Positions 17,763 to 24,448 of a DNA stretch of 40,063 nt are shown one piece after another. The notes beneath the pieces were generated by a model. The model did no database searches. It was not told where the DNA came from and saw nothing but the letters and a program-made list of their open reading frames with translations. Each line of letters begins with the position of its first letter. Position 1 is the stretch's first letter. The stretch covers positions 1-40,063 of the forward strand of contig CAZPNW010000054.1 of NCBI GenBank assembly GCA_964588175.1. The letters are read 5' to 3'. A program made the translations under genes and the position numbers. The DNA is from an uncultured Planctomycetales bacterium (GTDB lineage Bacteria; Omnitrophota; Gorgyraeia; Gygaellales; Profunditerraquicolaceae).

Positions 17763-18219
17763 CTTCTTGGGTAATGATCTTTATGATCGCCTTATCGTCA
17801 ATACAGGCGCGCAAGCTGTCACGGAAATATTTATCTTTAAACAGGCGTGAGATACGGGCGAGCGCCTTAAGATGCGGGCCCGCAGAATCCTGGGGTGCCA
17901 CGAGCAAAAAGAAAATATAGACCGGTTCGCCGTCTAACGAATCGAAATCGACCCCTTTTTTCGAAAGAGAGAACGCGCCCACCAGTTTGCTGACCGCGTC
18001 TGATTTCGCATGAGGGATAGCTATCCCCTGCCCGATCGCCGTCGATCCTAACGATTCGCGTTCCATGAGCGCGTCAACGATCTTATTGCGGTGGTTTTTT
18101 TCAATATCACCCGCATTGATCAAGGCGTCGACAAGTTCACGCACGACATCTTCTTTCTTGGCCGACCGTAAATCGGAAAGAATAGCTTTTTTAGATAAAA
18201 AGTCCAATATCTTCATCAT
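17749..18219 (-). CDS. ptsN: PTS EIIA-Ntr-type regulatory protein
   Basis: 156 aa in the EIIA(Fru/Ntr) family with the active-site context GQGIAIPHAK. RBS is AAAGGAG. Confidence 0.88.
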   Translation of the reverse strand: MMKILDFLSKKAILSDLRSAKKEDVVRELVDALINAGDIEKNHRNKIVDALMERESLGSTAIGQGIAIPHAKSDAVSKLVGAFSLSKKGVDFDSLDGEPVYIFFLLVAPQDSAGPHLKALARISRLFKDKYFRDSLRACIDDKAIIKIITQEDDKL

Positions 18220-18291
18220 TACTCCTTTTGTTTTAAAATTATATCCGCGTTTTAATCAAAACAGTTGTATGTCGGTTACGAGAGAGAAAAA

Positions 18292-18364
18292 AGCGGGAGA
18301 CGGGGATCGAACCCGCGACAACTACCTTGCCAAGGTAGCGCTCTACCAACTGAGCTACTCCCGC
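18292..18364 (-). tRNA. tRNA with anticodon GGC (Ala by anticodon) but a Gly-type acceptor stem and discriminator
   Basis: The cloverleaf was drawn by hand from GCGGGAG-TA-GCTC-AGTTGGTA-GAGC-G-CTACC-TTGGCAA-GGTAG-TTGTC-GCGGG-TTCGATC-CCCGT-CTCCCGC-T. The anticodon lies at 18331-18329. The stem has G3:C70 rather than G3:U70, the discriminator is U73, and no CCA is encoded. Confidence 0.85.
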
Positions 18365-18585
18365 GTCGTTCAACATAGATGAATGGTAATGAAGTGAATC
18401 GGAATCCTGATGCATTACGCTGAACTAACCTATCTATGAATTCTTAAACTTTCAAATCGAGGAAAACGTTTTCATTCCCACGAAAAAAAATAATGCAGAT
18501 GAACTCCTTCCTGATATATTAAGATTTCTTGTCCGTTCTTAAGAAAGACCAAGACCACCTCAAGATATAGGAGCAAGCATGTTTA

Positions 18586-18667
18586 TGGGCGGAAGAGGAG
18601 TTGAACCTCCAAGGGTTGCCCCAATAGCTCCTAAGGCTATCGCGTATGCCAATTCCGCCATCCGCCC
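18586..18667 (-). tRNA. tRNA-Leu (anticodon UAG)
   Basis: Hand-folded type II tRNA. The acceptor pairs GGGCGGA with TCCGCCC, with discriminator A. The anticodon loop is CTTAGGA, there is a long variable arm, and the T-loop is TTCAACT. Confidence 0.88.
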
Positions 18668-18677
18668 GCAAGACGAA

Positions 18678-18785
18678 AGTAACGAGTAAACAGTAACAGG
18701 TAACTAGTAATTAACTATTAACGCGGGCAGAGGAAATCCTTGGAATTCCTATTACTTGTTACTCGTTACTCGCTTACTAGTTACT
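18678..18785. repeat. heptamer-built inverted repeat (word AGTAACN / NGTTACT), family E, in the tRNA-Lys/tRNA-Leu spacer
   Basis: The left array is AGTAACG AGTAAAC AGTAACA GGTAACT AGTAATT AACTATT. The right array is ATTACTT GTTACTC GTTACTC GCTTACT AGTTACT. There is a 12-bp perfect match of 18678-18689 with 18759-18770. Confidence 0.85.
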
Positions 18786-18792
18786 AAAAAAA

Positions 18793-18865
18793 TGAGCCTC
18801 CCGCGGCTCGAACGCGGCACAACCACATTAAAAGTGTGGTGCTCTACCAGATGAGCTAGAGGCCC
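18793..18865 (-). tRNA. tRNA-Lys (anticodon UUU)
   Basis: Hand-folded from GGGCCTC-TA-GCTC-ATCTGGTA-GAGC-A-CCACA-CTTTTAA-TGTGG-TTGTG-CCGCG-TTCGAGC-CGCGG-GAGGCTC-A. Confidence 0.9.
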
Positions 18866-18902
18866 GATTTAACTTTAAAATCTATGATCCCGGAATCTTA
18901 TG

Positions 18903-19466
18903 CTAAAACTCAACTATTTCTTTTTCTTTATTCTTAAGCAACTCATCTACACGGGCGATATATCTATCAACAAGCTTTTGAAGTTCATCGACCCCTTTAA
19001 ATTTATCGTCTTCTGAAATTGTCTTATCTTTTTCAGCCTTTTCCAGCAATTCTTTTGAATCGCGCCTTACCGTACGCAGCGAAACCCGTCCCTCTTCAAT
19101 GATCTTATGCACCAGCTTTACCAGGTCCTGGCGCCGCTCTTTTGATAAAGGAGGCACCGAAAGCCGCACGACCTTACCGTCATTCATCGGCGTAATCCCT
19201 AATTTTGATTTTTGGATCGCTTTTTCAATCTCGGCGATCGCCGCCGGGTCCCAAGGCTGTATGACGATCATATGCGCATCCGGGACAGAAATCGAAGCCA
19301 ACTGCTTGATCAAGGTAGGGGTCCCATAATAATCAACATGCAGCCCTTCAACCAAATGGGGGCTTGCCCTGCCGGTGCGTATTTCAGAGAATTCACGCAC
19401 CACAAAATCAATAACTTTCTTCATTTTATCTTCACTTCCATGCAAAATTTCTCTGACAGTCATCAT
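18903..19466 (-). CDS. frr: ribosome recycling factor
   Basis: 187 aa Frr-like translation (FSEIRTGRASPHLVEGLHVDYYG...LSVPPLSKERR). The second ATG at 19463 is equally possible as the start. Confidence 0.93.
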   Translation of the reverse strand: MMTVREILHGSEDKMKKVIDFVVREFSEIRTGRASPHLVEGLHVDYYGTPTLIKQLASISVPDAHMIVIQPWDPAAIAEIEKAIQKSKLGITPMNDGKVVRLSVPPLSKERRQDLVKLVHKIIEEGRVSLRTVRRDSKELLEKAEKDKTISEDDKFKGVDELQKLVDRYIARVDELLKNKEKEIVEF

Positions 19467-19499
19467 AAGCCCCCTTATTTTAAATTCTTCGAGCCTAAG

Positions 19500-20225
19500 C
19501 TAATCCCTCACCACAGTCCCGATCTTTTCACCCAGGACAACCCGTTTAATATTCCCTTCTTTATTCAAGTTAAACACCACTATAGGTAATTTATTGTCCA
19601 TACAAAGGCTGATCGCCGTTGCATCCATCACCTTCAAGCCTTTTTTCAACACATCGATATATTTGAGCCGGACGAATTTCTTGGCATCCTTGACTTTCAC
19701 GGGATCAGCGGAATATACACCGTCTACTTTTGTGGCTTTTAATATCGCGTTGGCGTTAATTTCCATTGCGCGTAGTGCCGCGGCCGTATCCGTCGTAAAA
19801 TAAGGATTCCCTGTCCCTGAGACAAAAATAACCACCCGCTTCTTTTCTAAATGACGGACTGCCCGGCGCCTGATATACGGCTCGGCGATACGCTGCATCT
19901 CAATAGCCGTCATAACACGGGTCGGGATCCCTATCTTTTCCAAGACATTCTGCAAGGCCAGGCCGTTGATCACCGTCGCCAGCATCCCCATATAATCAGC
20001 CACCGACCTGTCCATATCCAAACCTAAAGAAGCGGTATTCTCCTGGCCGCGGAAAATATTTCCGCCGCCCAAGACTAACGCGACATCGACATTAAGATCG
20101 CGTATCTCTTTGATCTGACGCGCAATAGCCACGAGGATCTGTTGGTCAATACCATGCAGCTTCTTTCCCTGCAAGGCTTCACCGCTGATCTTCAGGACTA
20201 TTCTTTTATAGATAGGATGAGACAT
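19500..20225 (-). CDS. pyrH: UMP kinase
   Basis: 241 aa ([11 protein letters not shown]..., [34 protein letters not shown]). The start overlaps the tsf stop (TAATG). Confidence 0.95.
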   Translation of the reverse strand: MSHPIYKRIVLKISGEALQGKKLHGIDQQILVAIARQIKEIRDLNVDVALVLGGGNIFRGQENTASLGLDMDRSVADYMGMLATVINGLALQNVLEKIGIPTRVMTAIEMQRIAEPYIRRRAVRHLEKKRVVIFVSGTGNPYFTTDTAAALRAMEINANAILKATKVDGVYSADPVKVKDAKKFVRLKYIDVLKKGLKVMDATAISLCMDNKLPIVVFNLNKEGNIKRVVLGEKIGTVVRD

Positions 20226-20755
20226 TATTCGGCAACGCCAACTTTATAACGCATAAACCTGCGGATAAGGATATTTTCTCCGATCTTACCGATCAAGCTC
20301 GCAAGATAATCTTTAATGGTAAGGCTTGGGTCTTTAACAAAAGGCTGCTCTAACAGGCAGCTGGTTTTATAAAATGCCTCTTTATCGGCCTGCTCTTTCA
20401 AAACATCTTCGGGGACATCTTCCCTTTTGATATATGCAGGGTTACATGCAGCGATCTGCATGGCAAGGTCTTTGGTAAACTGGCAGAATTCACTGCTGCG
20501 GGCTACAAAGTCGGTCTCACAATCAACCTCAACCAGGACGCCGATCTTACTGCCTAAATGGATATACGCTTCAACCCGGCCGTCTTTAGCCAACCTTCCC
20601 TGTTTATTCGCCGCGATCTCCATACCGCGTTTACGCAACAACTCAACTGCCTTTTTTAAATCACCCGAAGCTTCCTGCAGCGCTTTTTTACAATCCATAA
20701 CGCTGGCATTCGTTAAATTTCTTAACTCTTTAATCGCTTCAACCTGTATACCCAT
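20225..20755 (-). CDS. tsf: elongation factor Ts (short form)
   Basis: It has a UBA-like N-terminus ([37 protein letters not shown]). The start is set to the ATG at 20755, 4 nt after the rpsB stop. The ORF-track extension to 20833 overlaps rpsB. Confidence 0.9.
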   Translation of the reverse strand: MGIQVEAIKELRNLTNASVMDCKKALQEASGDLKKAVELLRKRGMEIAANKQGRLAKDGRVEAYIHLGSKIGVLVEVDCETDFVARSSEFCQFTKDLAMQIAACNPAYIKREDVPEDVLKEQADKEAFYKTSCLLEQPFVKDPSLTIKDYLASLIGKIGENILIRRFMRYKVGVAE

Positions 20756-20759
20756 TTTA

Positions 20760-21656
20760 CTATACCTTCCTTTTACTCCTGGACTTATCATCTCCCGGCT
20801 TACTGCGGATCTTCTTGCCGGCCTTCTGATCATCTTCAGGCTTTCCCGTTGTTTCGACGATTTCTTCGATCTCTTTTATCTTTATTTCCTCTTCAGGAGC
20901 AACGACAGGGGCTTCCCCCGCGTCTTCCTTTTTAGCCTTGATAGCCACACCGCTCTCTGAAAGGTACGACAGGAATTTCTTACGCCCTTCAATGATACTG
21001 TCGGCAAGCAACCGGGCAATTAAACCGATCGACTTGGTCGCGTCATCATTACCCGGGATAGGATAATCAACAAGGTCAGGGTTGGAATTAGTATCGATAA
21101 ACCCGATAACCGGGATCCCTAACCGGCGCGCTTCTCTGACCGCCGTTTCTTCTTTCTTAGTATCGACGATAAAGATGGCTTTCGGCATCCGCTCCATCAT
21201 GACAATACCGGAGAAGTTTTTCTTTAATTTTCCTAATTCTTTCTCAAGCAACGCCACTTCTTTTTTCGTCAATTTTTGAAAAGTCCCGTCTTCTTTCATT
21301 TTTTCAATTTCCTTAAGACGGTTAATACTTTTCTTGATGGTAGCAAAGTTAGTCAACAAGCCGCCCGGCCAGCGTTCCGTGACATAATACATACCGGCAC
21401 GGACCGCTTCCTGCTGAACGACTTCCTGCGCCTGTTTTTTAGTCCCGACAAACAGCGCTACCTCGCCTTTGGAGGTTATGTCCAATAAATAATCCCTGGC
21501 TTTATTGAAACATTCCTCTGTTTTTTCCAAATCAATGATGTAAATACCGCTGCGTTGGCCAAAAATGAATTTCTTCATCTTAGGGTTCCACCGTGAAACT
21601 TTGTGGCCAAAATGAACCCCAGCTTCCAAAAATTGCTTAATTATTTCTGAAGGCAA
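20760..21656 (-). CDS. rpsB: 30S ribosomal protein S2 with charged C-terminal extension
   Basis: The S2 core includes LEAGVHFGHKVSRWNPKM. The start codon is TTG at 21656. The roughly 60-aa Glu/Lys-rich tail reads EEEIKIKEIEEIVETTGKPEDDQKAGKKIRSKPGDDKSRSKRKV. Confidence 0.93.
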   Translation of the reverse strand: MPSEIIKQFLEAGVHFGHKVSRWNPKMKKFIFGQRSGIYIIDLEKTEECFNKARDYLLDITSKGEVALFVGTKKQAQEVVQQEAVRAGMYYVTERWPGGLLTNFATIKKSINRLKEIEKMKEDGTFQKLTKKEVALLEKELGKLKKNFSGIVMMERMPKAIFIVDTKKEETAVREARRLGIPVIGFIDTNSNPDLVDYPIPGNDDATKSIGLIARLLADSIIEGRKKFLSYLSESGVAIKAKKEDAGEAPVVAPEEEIKIKEIEEIVETTGKPEDDQKAGKKIRSKPGDDKSRSKRKV

Positions 21657-21708
21657 AATAAACCCCCCTGTTAAAGTTAATAAAGTGTTAACCCAAATTA
21701 ATTTTATA

Positions 21709-21736
21709 AGTATAACATACTTTCTTTAAGTTGCAA
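21709..21736 (-). promoter_or_regulatory. sigma70-like promoter candidate, proximal, upstream of rpsB
   Basis: The minus strand reads TTGCAA (21736-21731), a 16-nt spacer, then TATACT (21714-21709), with TG two nt upstream of the -10. Confidence 0.45.
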
Positions 21737-21765
21737 ACTTTTTCTTACAGCTTAAGAAAGATATT

Positions 21766-21794
21766 ATTATACTTATTTTGCCCTTTAAAAGCAA
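21766..21794 (-). promoter_or_regulatory. sigma70-like promoter candidate, distal, upstream of rpsB
   Basis: The minus strand reads TTGCTT (21794-21789), a 17-nt spacer, then TATAAT (21771-21766). Confidence 0.45.
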
Positions 21795-21823
21795 TAAAAT
21801 TATCCAAGAATCTTCTTATTGCC

Positions 21824-22396
21824 TCAATCGGCCTTGCTTTGAGGATTTTTGTACATTTCCCGCAAAAGCCACGCGCCTGAACCCAGGCAGACCAACATAA
21901 CGATAACCGCGATCACCCTCAAACCCCCTGAAAAAACGGTGTCATACCGTAAAATCCCCATGTGGGTCAATAAATAATTCCAATCATGGATGATCGTATC
22001 GCTGCCAAAAGGGCTCACTAAGGGCAGATCCATAGTCCGGGCATCACCCAAATACCTGGCAATTCCGAATAAATTATCCGCAAGCCACCCAAAAGATAAC
22101 GCAATAGCAAAAAAGTCTTTTTGACGGTAAAAATTAAATACCGCAAAAACCGGCACTAAACATTGGGCCAACGTCCCGCCCCAAACCCCGATAAACTCTC
22201 CCAGGAAAGCAAAAACCATATGCCCCAATTCATGTATCCCTAAATTTAACATATCAAGGATCGAATGATATAATGGATCCAGCAGATAACGGAGCAGGCA
22301 ATAAGCAAACCAGGCCAAAAGAGGCAAACGGACCAGCCAAGACTTCCCCCTGCACCATTCTAAAGCTTCTTGACGCAATAAGCTTAAAAATTCCAT
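21824..22396 (-). CDS. hypothetical polytopic membrane protein with HExxH motif
   Basis: 190 aa with about 5 hydrophobic segments. An HELGH motif sits at the edge of a helix (LNLGIHELGHMVFAFLGE), suggesting a membrane-embedded metalloprotease-like fold. I cannot assign a family. Confidence 0.55.
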   Translation of the reverse strand: MEFLSLLRQEALEWCRGKSWLVRLPLLAWFAYCLLRYLLDPLYHSILDMLNLGIHELGHMVFAFLGEFIGVWGGTLAQCLVPVFAVFNFYRQKDFFAIALSFGWLADNLFGIARYLGDARTMDLPLVSPFGSDTIIHDWNYLLTHMGILRYDTVFSGGLRVIAVIVMLVCLGSGAWLLREMYKNPQSKAD

Positions 22397-22473
22397 CGGG
22401 ATTCGACCAATATGCTTAAAGCTGAAAATTATTCTAAACCATTATAATTTATATGGTTATACCACTTCGAACA

Positions 22474-22533
22474 AATCAGCACGCTGATTGAAAATCCTTA
22501 TTAGGATGAACTCAAAGGAAGGCTGATTGAAAA
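22474..22533. promoter_or_regulatory. candidate operator: palindrome AATCAGC-AC-GCTGATT plus a repeated 12-mer
   Basis: The palindrome AATCAGCACGCTGATT lies at 22474-22489. The 12-mer GCTGATTGAAAA occurs at 22483-22494 and again at 22522-22533. The site lies between the lipoprotein stop and the HExxH gene start. Confidence 0.35.
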
Positions 22534-22536
22534 AGC

Positions 22537-22926
22537 TCACCACTGCTCTTTGATTCTCTGAGCGATTTTCCTTGCTAATGCCGGCTCCGGCAGTTGATTC
22601 TTGCTGGCTTTTATGTCTATCCGTATTCTCCGGGACTTTAACTGGCTCAGCGTCACAACAACATCGGAATCTTTGATCAACGCTTCCAACCTGCCGGCTT
22701 TATCTTCTTGTAAACGGATAAGCCCCATGCTATAGATGACCTTATACGTAATAAGCCACGCCTGCTGGTATGTTGCGCGCTTTTCCAGACGGACAGAATC
22801 ATCTCTCCCGCTTATTATATGAGCATTACCGACACGGGAGCTTGATGAAAATAGAGCGCAACCATTTAATAATAACATACCACCGATAATCACCCATAAA
22901 CCGCTTATTCTCTTCATAATTATCAA
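22537..22926 (-). CDS. small lipoprotein (hypothetical)
   Basis: 129 aa with a lipobox-like signal (GLWVIIGGMLLLNGC). It possibly belongs to a DUF3568-like small lipoprotein family, which I could not verify. Confidence 0.55.
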   Translation of the reverse strand: MIIMKRISGLWVIIGGMLLLNGCALFSSSSRVGNAHIISGRDDSVRLEKRATYQQAWLITYKVIYSMGLIRLQEDKAGRLEALIKDSDVVVTLSQLKSRRIRIDIKASKNQLPEPALARKIAQRIKEQW

Positions 22927-22996
22927 TACTTCAGTTTAACGTGATACTTTATTTATTTTACCCTGAAATAACGTAATTCTCAAATATAAATAAGAG

Positions 22997-24298
22997 TTAT
23001 TTCTTGGTCTTTAAATCTTTAATAACTGTAACAATCCGAGTGACTTTACCGCCTTCCAAAACAGGTATTTTCCTTGTTTCCGTGGAAAACCGCCTATCTT
23101 TGATCTTAACTCTTTCTTTCGTGATCAGCGGCTTTGCGGTTTTCAAGACTTTCTGATATTCCTCATATACGCTTTCAGACAAAAACGGAAAAACATCAAA
23201 CAGGTACTTGCCAATAACAGAGGTTCTTATCCCTAAGCTCTTATTCCACTGCGTGAAAACCTTATTGATCAAAAGAATACGCAACTGGCGGTCAACAACA
23301 TGGATCGCATCCCCCATCGAGTCCAGCGTCATACGATATTGTAATTCAGAAGACTCTCTCTTTTCTTCATTCAGCTTATAATCGGTAATATCATACAAAT
23401 GCCCGTGATAATGCGTAATACGGCCATCTTCATCCCGGGGTACGATCGTAAAAACATGGATCCATTTATAGATGCCGCCCAAACACCGGATGCGGTATTC
23501 CGCCTCAAAACAACCCGTGCCCTTATTTATATTCTCTTTAACATCTTCTTCCAAGCGTTTACGGTCATCAGGATGAATCAGGTTAGCGTACAGTATTTTT
23601 CCGGTCATAAAATCAGCCGGCCCGTAGCCTAACTGGTTTAAAACATTTTCCGAAACGTATTCTACCGGCCAGCCTTCCTGAGCTTTCCACTTGAATACTA
23701 CGGTCGGGCCGCTGATAAATAATTTCCTTTCAGCGTCCAGTTCCTCCTGTATCCTGATACGCTTATCGATCTCAAGATGAAGGTCTTCATTTGCTTTACT
23801 AAGCTCTGCGGTGCGTACTTTAACCCGGATCCCCAATTCAGCGCGGGAATTCCGTAAATCTTCTTCCATTTTCTTACGCTCAGTAATATCAAAGATGACG
23901 CCTACCAGCCCTCCGGTAAGGCCTACTTCATTCAGGAATGTCTCTTTATAAAACACGACATTATGCCTGGTGCCGTTTGACGCAGAAGTATAGCTTTCAT
24001 ATTCCTGAATGCCGCCCTCTTTAAATAATTCCCGGTCTTTTTTATAATAAATCTCAGCTAAATCTTGCGGAAAAAGCTCGAAAACCGTCTTACCTATTAA
24101 TTGCTCTTTTGATAAACCAAGGTAGCGCTCGAACTCCAGGTTACACCCTAAATACTTACCAGCAAAATCTTTATAGAAAATAGGGATAGGGATAGCATCG
24201 ATCACAACCTGCAAAAAACGCAGCTGTTCCTGTGATTCATTATACGCCTGCTCTCTCTTGTTCAAAGCTGATTCGGAATTCCGGCTGGGATCTTGCAT
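22997..24298 (-). CDS. PAS-domain sensor protein without output domain
   Basis: 433 aa with three PAS-like modules (IPIFYKDFAGKYLGCN..., GPTVVFKWKAQEGWPVEYVSEN..., MGDAIHVVDRQLRILLINK...). The modules are separated by a coiled-coil segment. No kinase, GGDEF or HTH domain is present. Confidence 0.75.
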   Translation of the reverse strand: MQDPSRNSESALNKREQAYNESQEQLRFLQVVIDAIPIPIFYKDFAGKYLGCNLEFERYLGLSKEQLIGKTVFELFPQDLAEIYYKKDRELFKEGGIQEYESYTSASNGTRHNVVFYKETFLNEVGLTGGLVGVIFDITERKKMEEDLRNSRAELGIRVKVRTAELSKANEDLHLEIDKRIRIQEELDAERKLFISGPTVVFKWKAQEGWPVEYVSENVLNQLGYGPADFMTGKILYANLIHPDDRKRLEEDVKENINKGTGCFEAEYRIRCLGGIYKWIHVFTIVPRDEDGRITHYHGHLYDITDYKLNEEKRESSELQYRMTLDSMGDAIHVVDRQLRILLINKVFTQWNKSLGIRTSVIGKYLFDVFPFLSESVYEEYQKVLKTAKPLITKERVKIKDRRFSTETRKIPVLEGGKVTRIVTVIKDLKTKK

Positions 24299-24324
24299 AT
24301 GACCTCTGGCCTCTGAAAGAGTAA

Positions 24325-24351
24325 AAGCGACTCCTTTCTTATGAGTCGCTT
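24325..24351 (-). promoter_or_regulatory. 5'-leader hairpin (terminator-like) between promoter and PAS gene
   Basis: The minus strand reads AAGCGACTC-ATAAGAAAG-GAGTCGCTT followed by TTACTCTTTC. It lies downstream of the consensus promoter at 24398-24425 and 26 nt upstream of the ATG. Confidence 0.45.
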
Positions 24352-24397
24352 CCTTTACCTATATATTATAGAAGATTAACCACATTTTAGTTAATTT

Positions 24398-24425
24398 ATT
24401 ATACCATTCCTAATTTGTCTGTCAA
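24398..24425 (-). promoter_or_regulatory. consensus sigma70-type promoter upstream of the PAS gene
   Basis: The minus strand reads TTGACA (24425-24420), a 16-nt spacer ending in TGG, then TATAAT (24403-24398). Both hexamers match consensus exactly. Confidence 0.55.
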
Positions 24426-24448
24426 CTACTGATTTCTAACTCCACGGA

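Noticed and set aside
18065-18382. 105-aa plus-strand ORF covering the ptsN 5' end and the antisense of the GGC tRNA.
   Set aside because: It is antisense to a tRNA and to a conserved CDS, and has no RBS. I judge it spurious.
18292-18865. The tRNA cluster considered as an integration hotspot for a genomic island or prophage.
   Set aside because: I found no integrase, no direct repeat of a tRNA 3' end, and no phage or transposon genes on either side. The flanking genes are ptsN and frr.
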